In this document: piece after piece, positions 49,568 to 59,500 of the stretch
Layout of the letters: each line of letters starts with the position of its first letter
Position numbering within the stretch: the stretch's first letter is position 1
Source of the DNA: a virus
Taxonomy: Duplodnaviria > Caudoviricetes
IMG/VR virus record: IMGVR_UViG_3300046779_001188
Span: 3,492-67,491 of that record
Direction: 5' to 3' (one strand)
DNA: 64,000 bases
The notes under the pieces: model-generated
Databases searched by the model: none
What the model was told of the DNA's origin: nothing
The model's input: the letters and a program-made list of their open reading frames with translations, nothing else
Translations under genes and position numbers: made by a program

Positions 49568-50770
49568 TTAGCGAGCTAGTGAAAGCACGCTGATGTCCCT
49601 TCTTGGGTTGTGACCCTCTCCAATGACCATAGTCAAAATTCCGGGCAGCGATTCCAAACCAGCACGGTCACGGAACCACGCACTGCCTGGATCAACTGTT
49701 GGGCATTGAAGCCATAGACGTTCGCCAATATCCATAGTTTTGAAGTTGTGGAAGTGTCCAGAAATCCACACATCACACATGCCAAGGGCGGTTTGCCCTG
49801 CTGCTTGACCTGATAGGTATTTCAGCGGGTCTCGTGCTTGATGACCGTGGAATAGTCCAAGCATGGTTCCGCAGATATCTACTGCCAAGGTTTGGTGAGA
49901 TTTTTCTGGGAATCGAAACTCTACATGAGAAAGTAGTTCATTTTCTGCGCAGGCATCCTGTACTGCCGATGCAATCTCAACATTCCAGCCATCTGATGGG
50001 TCAGCGGCTACCTGACGAGTTACCTCATCGTGGTTACCATTTACTACTGGAACAATGAGTTTGTCTGCTAGAGGGGCAAATGCCTTGATTTGAGCCATAA
50101 GTAGGCGACGTGCTACACGAGTTTGTTCTGTCAAACCTAGGTCAGAAGCTGCAAGTCCTTGAAGGCGTCCAGCTTGAGAGGTATTTCCCTCAACGTGGTC
50201 GCCTGGAAGAGGTAGAACTACTGTTCCAATGCTGCGACCTATTTTACGAAGTTCTCGAAGTCGCTCAACTCCACCGTTTGTTAGTTCTAACAGTCTGTTT
50301 ACGGTTCCTTTTGTACCTTCATCGCCCTGCTTCTTACCGAGCTGCTGGTCACTAGGAGCAAAGACATATGCAAGTTCACCAGATACTTTTTTCTCAGACT
50401 TAGATGGTCTCCATTTAGATACTTCTTGAAGAAGCTTTTCTAGGTCTGTGTCGCTGATAGTTCCTTTATCTACAGGAACGATTGAAATTCTTTGAGATTC
50501 TAGAGTGTCACCAGAGTAAGTCTGCCACTGAGACTTCCTAACATTGGTGATGCTCCACTCTTTAGGATCTAAATTGAAATCCTCTAATAGGGCAGCAGAG
50601 TCTGGCATTTCTGAGGCTGGACGAGCTTTGGATTGTAGAAATCCACCATCTTTACTATCCACCTCTAAACGAGCGCGGTATGCCTCTGGTGTATCGACTG
50701 ATTTTCTATCGGACCCGTTTGGGCCTGGGGAGGAGAGGGAAGCCAATAGCTTCTCTGTTAGCTCTGACAT
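49568..50770 (-). CDS. Calcineurin-like metallophosphoesterase (about 400 aa)
   Basis: SDQQ, PGDHVEG, VNGNHD, FHGH, SGHFH. Start refined to ATG 50770 (TAATG overlap with the upstream gene). Confidence 0.85.
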   Translation of the reverse strand: MSELTEKLLASLSSPGPNGSDRKSVDTPEAYRARLEVDSKDGGFLQSKARPASEMPDSAALLEDFNLDPKEWSITNVRKSQWQTYSGDTLESQRISIVPVDKGTISDTDLEKLLQEVSKWRPSKSEKKVSGELAYVFAPSDQQLGKKQGDEGTKGTVNRLLELTNGGVERLRELRKIGRSIGTVVLPLPGDHVEGNTSQAGRLQGLAASDLGLTEQTRVARRLLMAQIKAFAPLADKLIVPVVNGNHDEVTRQVAADPSDGWNVEIASAVQDACAENELLSHVEFRFPEKSHQTLAVDICGTMLGLFHGHQARDPLKYLSGQAAGQTALGMCDVWISGHFHNFKTMDIGERLWLQCPTVDPGSAWFRDRAGLESLPGILTMVIGEGHNPRRDISVLSLAR

Positions 50771-51048
50771 TAGGCTTCCTGACGTTGTAGGTTGTTTTGA
50801 CCAACATAGCAACGGCAGATTTTTTGCCTATGCAGTCGGACAGAGGCAAAAGAGACATCGTAATTTTCACTCAATAAAATTTTATGAATTTGAACGTTTG
50901 AAATCGTTCCTCGTCTAGAGGGTGTAGAAAATACAATCTCTAGGGCTTCTTTATCATCACCAGATAGCTCGCTCAGTAGCTTCCCTACACCGCAAGGTAG
51001 GCCTGGCTCCGAACGCTGGGTGGTCTTTAGCTTCTCTGCTAGACTCAA
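50770..51048 (-). CDS. Small Cys/His protein coupled to the phosphoesterase (92 aa, TTG start)
   Basis: PC.V...HRQKICRC; AGGGAG RBS; stop overlaps the next ATG. Confidence 0.75.
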   Translation of the reverse strand: MSLAEKLKTTQRSEPGLPCGVGKLLSELSGDDKEALEIVFSTPSRRGTISNVQIHKILLSENYDVSFASVRLHRQKICRCYVGQNNLQRQEA

Positions 51049-51199
51049 CGTGTTCTCCCTGTTAGTTGAACTGGAAGGGAACCGAGAACCTATCTCTAAG
51101 GTTTACAGTTACCCCACGTTGAAGACTAACAGGAAGGGGTTCAGGAAGATAGCGACACGCCAAAGATGCTATAAATAAAAGTGTCCCTAGAATTGGACG

Positions 51200-51595
51200 C
51201 TAAGAGCTTTTTCTGGCTCTTTTAGGTCGAAGGGCTGGTTCTTCTTTTGGAACCGTGTCTGGGATTACCACCGACTGAGCCAAAACTTTGATAAGTAGGT
51301 CTTTAGTCTCTTGTTGACCTGCTGCAAGATCCTCTAACTGAGTTTCTAGCTTGTTGGTCTTTCTAGCAACATCTGCTAGGCTTAGCCCCCCGTTGGCGGC
51401 AGGATGGATTGGCTTAGTTGCTTCTCCAACTTCCTCGCGGATAATTTTTCTAAGTAGCTTGAGCCAGAATCTAGTGACCCCAAAGAAGGCTCCTGTAAGA
51501 GCAATTAGGAACATCAACATTGCTGATACGTCGCCAATGTCAAGGGTGTTTGGCGTGCCAGGCTCCCACCATGAAGCCGCGAGGATAGTAAACAA
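51200..51595 (-). CDS. Membrane protein, possible holin-like/lysis-associated (131 aa)
   Basis: One hydrophobic helix (VSAMLMFLIALTGAFFGV), then a basic stretch and an NGGLSLAD motif seen in actinophage membrane proteins. Confidence 0.6.
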   Translation of the reverse strand: MFTILAASWWEPGTPNTLDIGDVSAMLMFLIALTGAFFGVTRFWLKLLRKIIREEVGEATKPIHPAANGGLSLADVARKTNKLETQLEDLAAGQQETKDLLIKVLAQSVVIPDTVPKEEPALRPKRARKSS

Positions 51596-51729
51596 GATGG
51601 TCCTAACTAGTGCATCTAGTTGTCTTGAGGTATAGGTAATAGTTTATATTAGAAGTTCCTCGGCGATTTGCGTAAAAGCAGCAGCAGAGATGTATAGTGG
51701 AAGTCTCGAAAGAGACATAGAAAAAAGAC

Positions 51730-51758
51730 TTGACTTCATCCTAGAGTCGAGATAGTTT
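51730..51758 (+). promoter_or_regulatory. Putative sigmaA-type promoter of the primase gene
   Basis: TTGACT-N17-TAGTTT, then GGAGG RBS and ATG 51786. Confidence 0.6.
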
Positions 51759-51785
51759 AGTTCTCATGAAGACGACGGAGGTTAT

Positions 51786-54389
51786 ATGAGCGACGAGACC
51801 TCTGAGCGCCTAGTCAAAGCCTCCAAGTACTACCCAACCAAGGAATGGAACATCTTTCCTTGCCACGGAATTGTTGGTGGACGCTGTACTTGTAATAAGC
51901 CCCATGGGGAGCCTAAAGAAGTAGGCAAGCACCCAGCCATCAACGAGTGGAACATTCAATCAACTCACGACGCAGTGATTGTTGATAAGTGGTGGACTGA
52001 CAACCCTGATTACAACATTGGAGTTCACTGTCAAAAGTCTGGTTTCTTTGTTATTGATATTGACCCACGTTCTGGTGGACCAGACTCTTTTGCAAAATTT
52101 GAAGACATCGTTGAAGGTGCATTGCCTCCAACTGTTGAAGCCATTACTGGTGCATACACATCAGGAAATCGCACTGATCGTGGACGCCACCTTTTCTATA
52201 AGTGTGATGACTCAGAAGCTTTCATTGGAAACCTAAATAAACTTGGTCTTCCAGGTGTTGACATCAAACACAACGGATATGTCATCATCGCTCCATCAAT
52301 GCACTTCTCTGGTGTGAACTATGAATGGGTTCCTGGACATGCTCCATGGGAAATTGAAATGGCTCAAGCTCCTGAAGAACTTCTTCAAGCTTTGCGCAAA
52401 AGAACTCGTAAATCTAACTTCACTCTCGATGAGAGCAACTGGGACTCTATTGAGTACGACAAAGTTGATGTAAGCAAGATGATGGAAGAGGGAATCCAAG
52501 AAGGTTCCCGTGCTGTAGATATCTACAAGCTAACTTGCGCTCTTGCAAACAAGTACGGCACTGATCCAATGAGCCGTCAGATGATCGAGTCTGAGATGTT
52601 GCGCTTCAATGCAACTAAGGTCAACCCACCTCTACACATTGAGGGAACTAACGGACTTCTTCATCACGTTCACCGTGCTATTGAATTTGTTGCTAACAAT
52701 CCAAAAATTGGATTCATGAGTCCAGAGACTGCTGAATGGATGAAGCAGAAGGCTCAAAATATTTCTCTTCCTCAGCCTGCTGCACAACCTGCTCCTCAAG
52801 CAATGACTGGTGTTGTCATGCCTAGAGAAGCAACCAAGTTCCCTATGGGTACTGGTCTTGTATCTAGTGCAGTTGCAGCTTCTATTGAAGATGGTGACTC
52901 GATTGAGCAAGCCACTTCTCTTTCTAACATTGACGTACCTAAAGACCCAGATGCTCTTCGTGCAGAAGACGGTGGAGATGAAGGTAAGCGTTCTCTTTCA
53001 GATACTGGTAACGGTCGTCGTATGGTTGACGTCTTTGGTGCAGGTATCCGCTACACCGAAGGTCTTGGTTGGTTTGTTTGGAAAGATGGATACTGGAAGC
53101 CAGACCGTGGAGACCTTGAAGTTCAAGAACTTGCAAAACGTATTCCACCAATTATTTCTGCTGAAGTAACACGTTATCCTGACACTCAACAGAGTTCTGT
53201 AATTCAGTGGGCCCACCAATCTCGCTCTAACTCTCGCATGAAGGGTGCAATCGAAAGTGCTAAGTCAGACCCTCGTGTTGAAGTAGCAGTTGAACGTTGG
53301 GACCACGATGAAAATCTTCTTGGTGTTCTCAACGGTGTAATCGATTTGCGTACTGGTGAACTTCTCAAGGGTCGTCCAGATTTGCACATCACTCGCCGTG
53401 CACCTGTTTCATATACTCGTGGTCACACGAATGTTCGTTGGCAGCAGTTCATTGATTTTGCAACTGGTGGAGATAAGGAATACCAAGACTGGCTACAAAA
53501 GGCAGCTGGTTACACACTTACTGGATCTAACAAGTACGACATTATGTTCTTGGTTTACGGTCCAGCAGGTTCTGGTAAAAACACATTTGTAGAAGCCATC
53601 GTGAAGTGCCTAGGTACTCAACAATATGCTTGGCCTCTAGACTCCAGCATCTTGGCAGCTAACGAACAGAGCTCTGGCAATACTGACATGTATCACTGGG
53701 CTCAGTTGCGTGGTCGTCGTATGGTTTGGGTGGATGAGCTTCCAGACTCTGAGCGAATCAAGGAAAACTCTGTAAAGCGTTTGACTGGTTCATCTGAAAT
53801 CTCTGCTCGTTCTCCTGGTGAGCAACCATTTACATTTGAATCTCGTGCCAAGCTTTGGGTCTCTACTAACCACCGTCCTATCATCACCGATGATGCTATG
53901 TGGCGTCGTATTCGTCCTATCCCATTCCTTCGTGTTCCAGAAGTTATGGACCCAGATTTGAAGGCTTACATCTTTGATCCTGAAGGTGCACTTCCTGCAG
54001 TTCTTTCATGGGCTGTAGATGGTGCAATCAAACTTCTAGGTTCTGGTTCTCGTGACGCTCTTGGATGGTGTACTCAAGTTGCTGAGGCAGCTGAGATTTA
54101 TCGCAAGAATGAGGACCGTATTGGAATCTTCTTATCAGAAGAAACTAATGAGAACTCAGCTGCGAAAACTCCAATCAAACTCCTATACGGTGTTTACCGT
54201 ACTTGGTGTGAAGAGCGTGGAGAGCGTCCAATGACTCAGATTGCATTCCACCGAAAGATGGTTGAGCGCAACGTTGAGATTCAAGGAACTGGTTCACGAG
54301 CTATTGTTGTTGGGCGTTCATTGATTCCGCGTGCAGTCCAGACTCAAGAGTTGGACTGGAACACTCTAAACCACTTCAATAGAGCTTAG
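51786..54389 (+). CDS. Bifunctional primase-polymerase / D5-P4-type SF3 helicase (867 aa)
   Basis: N-terminal Prim-Pol (GKHP...YNIG...VIDID...GRHL.Y...D+K..GYV++.PS.H), D5_N (SDTGNGRR...W..WKDG.W), Walker A GPAGSGKNT, Walker B WVDE. Confidence 0.92.
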   Translation: MSDETSERLVKASKYYPTKEWNIFPCHGIVGGRCTCNKPHGEPKEVGKHPAINEWNIQSTHDAVIVDKWWTDNPDYNIGVHCQKSGFFVIDIDPRSGGPDSFAKFEDIVEGALPPTVEAITGAYTSGNRTDRGRHLFYKCDDSEAFIGNLNKLGLPGVDIKHNGYVIIAPSMHFSGVNYEWVPGHAPWEIEMAQAPEELLQALRKRTRKSNFTLDESNWDSIEYDKVDVSKMMEEGIQEGSRAVDIYKLTCALANKYGTDPMSRQMIESEMLRFNATKVNPPLHIEGTNGLLHHVHRAIEFVANNPKIGFMSPETAEWMKQKAQNISLPQPAAQPAPQAMTGVVMPREATKFPMGTGLVSSAVAASIEDGDSIEQATSLSNIDVPKDPDALRAEDGGDEGKRSLSDTGNGRRMVDVFGAGIRYTEGLGWFVWKDGYWKPDRGDLEVQELAKRIPPIISAEVTRYPDTQQSSVIQWAHQSRSNSRMKGAIESAKSDPRVEVAVERWDHDENLLGVLNGVIDLRTGELLKGRPDLHITRRAPVSYTRGHTNVRWQQFIDFATGGDKEYQDWLQKAAGYTLTGSNKYDIMFLVYGPAGSGKNTFVEAIVKCLGTQQYAWPLDSSILAANEQSSGNTDMYHWAQLRGRRMVWVDELPDSERIKENSVKRLTGSSEISARSPGEQPFTFESRAKLWVSTNHRPIITDDAMWRRIRPIPFLRVPEVMDPDLKAYIFDPEGALPAVLSWAVDGAIKLLGSGSRDALGWCTQVAEAAEIYRKNEDRIGIFLSEETNENSAAKTPIKLLYGVYRTWCEERGERPMTQIAFHRKMVERNVEIQGTGSRAIVVGRSLIPRAVQTQELDWNTLNHFNRA

Positions 54390-55816
54390 TTACGAGGGCT
54401 AAAAACCCTACCCCCACCACCGCCACCTTGACGGAAGTTAGGGATGCGTCGTGCAGCTGGTGATTTAGCAGTTAGCTTTCCACCAATAAATCCTGATGGT
54501 GGTTTGATCATAAGTGCAGTCATAGCATGCACAAGTGCGTCAACTCGGTCTGGAGATTTCTTTGTCTCTCCTGGAATCCATGTAGTCATCTGAGACTCAA
54601 GGTCTGGCAGATAACCAACGTGGTGAATACGATCTTGCTCATATGCAAGAACAATCGGCTCTGCGCGAAGAGCCTTACCGTGCTTTGAGTGGACTTCAAA
54701 AACTTTGATATTTGGGTCAATTGCATTGATAGCGTTACGCACCAAAGCTCCACCTTGGTTTACTTCAGCTACTACTGGAGCACCCCAACGACGAGCCATC
54801 TCAACAACTTTGTTTGCCCACACTTCTGGTGAGCCAAGAATTGACGCGTCTTCTAGAACCCAAGCATGACGCTTATACAGGTCTCGGTCTGCAGTTGATG
54901 CGCAGACAATGATTCCACACTCATCTCGTGGGTTTTCAGCAACTGATGGGTCAACACCGATTACACGCAGAGGGGCTGTTGGAGGGAGAATGCCTTGTCG
55001 TGAACGCTCAAGCATCTCCATAGACCACAGTGTACCTTCAACATCATCAAGCATTTCACCATAAAGCTCTTGGCGGGCAAGTGATGTTCCTTCATATACA
55101 CCCATGATTGTGTCAAGATATGCACCAGATAAGTTACCCGCGTTATCAAGAGTCGAGCCCTTGGTGATAACAACTTTTGAACCTATCTGCTTCACACTAT
55201 TGGCTTCTTCAATTAGCTTGTAAAGAAGCGGCACTCGCTTAGGAGTTGTAGTTACAAGAATTTTTGGCTTAGCACCAAGACGAGTACCAACGCGCAAGTT
55301 ATCGAAAGCAGTCATACCTGCAGCATCTGGGGTTTGACGCCAAGCTGCGATCTCATCGCCCCATGCGTGTGTGAACTGAGGACCACGGAGTGAGTCAGGC
55401 TCATCAGCCGTAAAAAGTGTGGCAGTGTTTCCGTTAGGCCAAGTTAGACGACGCTTCGAAGGCTCATAGAGCGGACGCTCACTAGGGGCACTGACATTCA
55501 TAATGCCAGACTCACCTTCAACGATAACGTCACGAACGTCCGCTGCAGTACGAGCAACAAGTGCGAAACGGCGTTGGCCCTCGGTTGTGTACTTGGCTTG
55601 CTCTCTCACCCATTCGGACGCAAGTCTTGTTTTACCAAAACCACGACCTGCAAGTACAAGCCAAATATTCCAATCGTCTCCTTCAGGAGCCATCTGCTCA
55701 GGGCGAGCCCATGAGTTCCAGTCCCATTGAAGAATTTCAGGGTCAATCTGGGAAAGAACTATTGCTTGTTCTTCTGGAGGTAGCATCGCTACTTCCTCCA
55801 TAAAGCTCTTTCCCAT
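54386..55816 (-). CDS. terL: Terminase large subunit (476 aa)
   Basis: LAGRGFGKTR, LRGPQ, WGDE, TTTP, nuclease IGVDP...DECGI...DRVDA. Confidence 0.92.
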   Translation of the reverse strand: MGKSFMEEVAMLPPEEQAIVLSQIDPEILQWDWNSWARPEQMAPEGDDWNIWLVLAGRGFGKTRLASEWVREQAKYTTEGQRRFALVARTAADVRDVIVEGESGIMNVSAPSERPLYEPSKRRLTWPNGNTATLFTADEPDSLRGPQFTHAWGDEIAAWRQTPDAAGMTAFDNLRVGTRLGAKPKILVTTTPKRVPLLYKLIEEANSVKQIGSKVVITKGSTLDNAGNLSGAYLDTIMGVYEGTSLARQELYGEMLDDVEGTLWSMEMLERSRQGILPPTAPLRVIGVDPSVAENPRDECGIIVCASTADRDLYKRHAWVLEDASILGSPEVWANKVVEMARRWGAPVVAEVNQGGALVRNAINAIDPNIKVFEVHSKHGKALRAEPIVLAYEQDRIHHVGYLPDLESQMTTWIPGETKKSPDRVDALVHAMTALMIKPPSGFIGGKLTAKSPAARRIPNFRQGGGGGGRVFSPRN

Positions 55817-55822
55817 TGCTAC

Positions 55823-56281
55823 CTACCTATTTCGTTGAAGACTTCTCTGTACTCCATAGTACAACGGGGCAGCTGAACTAAGCCCTAGTTCCTTAGCTAG
55901 ATTAGATAAAGAAATTCCAAGCTTATATTCTTCTGCAAGCTGGTCATGGTAGTCGTCAGTGCTCTTTGACTTTGCGCGACGCACTCTATTTGCTGATTCT
56001 TTTACTACTTCACCTTTTAGGCGGACAGTTGGTTTTACGTCAGATACGGTAATTTGATCCATCACAACGCGACGGCGAACTCCAGCATAAGCAACTTGAA
56101 GACGCTTTGCTAGCAATGGAAGACTTCCACCCTTATTCTGAAATTCTGTCAATAGTCGGGTGTATTCACGACTAGCGTGGTGGGCTGGTGTGTCTTGGTT
56201 GCGTGCGCCGTAAGCCTTCTTAGCATCCTTCAGGATTGGCTGAATTTTTTCGGCATAAGCTTCTACAAGCTCGTTTGTCAT
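55823..56281 (-). CDS. Tandem helix-turn-helix protein, candidate terminase small subunit (152 aa)
   Basis: Internal duplication EY..LL...G.SL..LAK.L.+; lies 6 bp upstream of terL. Confidence 0.5.
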   Translation of the reverse strand: MTNELVEAYAEKIQPILKDAKKAYGARNQDTPAHHASREYTRLLTEFQNKGGSLPLLAKRLQVAYAGVRRRVVMDQITVSDVKPTVRLKGEVVKESANRVRRAKSKSTDDYHDQLAEEYKLGISLSNLAKELGLSSAAPLYYGVQRSLQRNR

Positions 56282-56361
56282 TTATTCTCTCCATATGTCT
56301 TTGCGTCCACCGCGTCCTTCCCAGCCAATCTATCATAACTGGCTGGGAGGCGCAAGTTGGG

Positions 56362-56541
56362 TTATTCGTCGTCGTTATCTTTGGGGTTGCGTAGACGGTA
56401 GGTAGCTACCCACACAAATGCAACCCAAATGATGGCGTATCCCACTACATCTTTTGCGGAGCCATCAAGAACAATCCAAGCCACAAACATGCCCAAAAGG
56501 GTCCAGGCTTGGTCAAGCACATCTCTAAAGAAGTCTTTCAT
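56362..56541 (-). CDS. Small two-helix membrane protein missed by the ORF track (59 aa)
   Basis: MKDFFRDVLDQAWTLLGMFVAWIVLDGSAKDVVGYAIIWVAFVWVATYRLRNPKDNDDE*; its ATG abuts the TAA of the upstream gene. Confidence 0.8.
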   Translation of the reverse strand: MKDFFRDVLDQAWTLLGMFVAWIVLDGSAKDVVGYAIIWVAFVWVATYRLRNPKDNDDE

Positions 56542-59500
56542 TTACTTTGCCTTCCTAGGCGTTGTTGGTTTCTTAGTTGTTGTCTTTGGTCTACGGGTTG
56601 CTTTTGGTTTGGTTCCGCCTTCACGCCCAACTGGAGCACCACCGTCGCCACCACCGCGAGGAGATGAACCTCCACCACTAGGTGACCCTCCTCCAGAGCT
56701 TCCTCCAGAAGAGCCAGCTGCTGCTGTTGCTGCTGCACCAGCTGCTGCTTGAATTGCTGCACCTGCTGCAACTACTGTTGCAACAACTGCTTTCTCGGCT
56801 TCTTCACGTTCCTCTTCGGACATGTCAGCGCCGATACTTCCTAATGCCAAAAGCACTTGCCCTGGGTCAGAGAATATTTCTCCGATCAATTCTGCTGGGT
56901 TCTCCAGTAGAACTAAAGCGGCAGCTACTTCTGCAGTAATGACTACAGGATTTCCGTTTTCGTCAGTACGGACATCTACTGGAGTCTCTGGAGGTAGGTC
57001 TTCATATGTTAGCCCAGCTTCAACAAGTTGTTCTGAAGATAGAGCTTCGCCTGGTTTTAGATCCTCTAGAATAGCTTCAACGACTGCTACTTTTTCTTCG
57101 GCAGTAAGTTTTCCATCGGCGAGTGCATCGTCAATTACAGCTTCGGGAGTAGGTTCAGGTGTTGGCTCAGGTGCAGGTGGCTCTTCAGGTGTTGGTTCTG
57201 GTTCAGGTTGTGGCTCTGGCTGCGGTTCTGGCTCTGGTTCTGGCTCGGGTTCAGGAGTCGGTTCAGGCTCGACGGGCTCAGGCTCGACTGGTTCAGGCTC
57301 AACAGGAATCGGTTCTGGTTCAGGCTCAGGTTCAGGTTCGGGAGTAGGTTCTGGCTGTGGCTCTGGTTCAGGTTCTGGTGTTGGCTCTGGTTGTGGTTCT
57401 GGGGTTGGGTCTACTGGTGTTGGCTCTGGCTGTGGCTCTGGTTGTGGTTGGGGTTGCGGCTCAGGTTGAGGCAGAGGAGCAGGAGTATCCTCATATGCCA
57501 CAACGAAAATAAGAGTCTTTACAGTTCCTGGTGCAGGGTCACCAAACTCATTTGAAGAAACAATATTTGCAGATGTGCTTCCTGCAAATGCTTGAGTAAG
57601 TTGTGCTGAAACTTCAACTCCACGAGAACCATCGTTAGGGTCTCCATACCAAGCTGTAATGCTTGCAATTCTTTTACCTTCTGGTGCAGTAATTTCCATA
57701 CCCATTCCTTCAGGAAGCGTTGAAGCTCCTTGAGGAACTACTGGGGCAGGGGTTGGGTCAGATAAAGTGACAGATACTGAATTTGAATTCTGAGAGTACT
57801 TAGCTCTGCTGTCATTATCAGAACGAATCGAGAAGGTGTAGTTAGTGCCCCAACCACCTGTGCTCTCAAAAAGCTGAGCATCTAAAGTAATGCTAGTTCC
57901 AGTAGAGGCAACTCCCCACCCAGAACCGTTTGCTGACCAGCTAACTGCATAACGCTCTACTGGAACTTCACTGCCTACTGGAGCATCCCAAGTGAGTTGA
58001 ACACTTCCATTACCTAGTGGAGTGACAACTAAGTTTGTAGGGGCTCCAATAGTTGCTTGAGCTTCTGTAGTCTGTACTACTACTGTTTCTGCCGCAGACA
58101 CTGCTGAGATTGCTTCGATAGTCTCATTGACTGCAACTTGAGCAAGAGTTTCGGCTGTTGTTGTTGCAGCTGGTAGTGCCTCTACTGCAGCTTGAACAGT
58201 TTGAAGATTTGACTGAGCTGCGGTGAGGTCTGTTTGAGCAGCTGTCTCTGCTGTTTCAAGAGTTGATAGTGTGGCTGTCTCTGCTACAACTACTGAAGTG
58301 GCTGCTTGAAGTGCAGCCAGTTGCGCTGGAGTTGCAGAGCTAGTTGAGAATTGATCTGAAGAGACAACCTGCCATTGATTGTTGACTAGTTCAAATAGGG
58401 TAACAGCAGCTCCACCGCCATTTTCGTAGTACCAAAATTCAAAAGTTCTAGCTTCTCCAGCTGTGGTCAGGATGTCAACAATAGATCCTCCGCCACCCTT
58501 ATCAACCCAATCGTTGAGAACTAGCTGACCATCAATATATAGACGAGTTCCATCATCGGCATCTGGAAGAAGAGCAGTCCAACCAGTCTGCTGTGGGGTC
58601 CACTGACCACTCCAAATGACAACAACATCTTCACTTCGAGTCGTACCAGCTACTGCACCCCCACCCCATTGTTCAGAAATTCCATTTGTATCTACATAAG
58701 TTGTTATTGGAGTAGCAGTATCTGGAGTCCAGTTTGGTTGACTTCCTGGATTGTTTACTGCATAGACCTCGACTGTAAGACCAGTAGATGTATTAGCATC
58801 GACTACAGTTTGAGCAGCGGTCTGAGTGGCAGTAGCACTTTCCACAACCACAATTTGAGCATCTACTGCTTCTGCTGCCGAAGTAGCAACTTCAGTTTTC
58901 TCGGCTACTACTGCAGTGACAGTATCTAAAGTCGAAGCAACTGATGTAAGTTCGGTAACTGTTGCTACAGCATTAGTCGCATTTTGAATTGCTGTGTTGG
59001 CTTCGGCTAGCTGAGTAGTTGCAGTATTGATTGCCTCTGTCACAGCGGTTGTTGGGGTCAAATCTTGGGCAGAAGTGACAACTGCATCTAATCTTGTTTG
59101 CAATTGAGAAGCAGCTTCAGTCACAACTGTTATTTGAGATTGAGCAACTGATAAAGCTGCGTTGTCAGTTGCTGTGACTGCCTGAGTAGTTGAACTTTCG
59201 GCAGTAGCGATAGCTGTTGTCTCGGCGGCAGTCGACATTGCAGCTACATCTTGCGCAGTTGCCAAAGTTGTTTGAGCTTGAGTTAGCTGAGTCTGCTCTG
59301 TAGCAAGAGTCGCTGCTGCTGTTTGAGCTGCTGCTGTTAGGGCTGGATCGGAAACTCCGCCAGTAGTTGCAGTAATGTTATCGATAATGTAGATGTCACC
59401 ATCAGCTGGGAATACAACTTTTTGAATTGTTCGTCCATCAGGAGCGGTATAGGTCTCGGTGGATGTATGGGTTGGGTTTGACTCTCCAAGTCGATACATC

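Noticed and set aside
10929-55816. Inteins or introns in polA, helicase, primase or terL
   Set aside because: Protein lengths are ordinary, motifs are contiguous, and no C/S...HN splice ends or LAGLIDADG motifs were noticed.
56822-57555. Gly/Ser-rich (56822-57469) and Trp/Leu-rich (57208-57555) + strand ORFs
   Set aside because: They are reverse-complement readings of the (PE)n linker of the 1280-aa gene.
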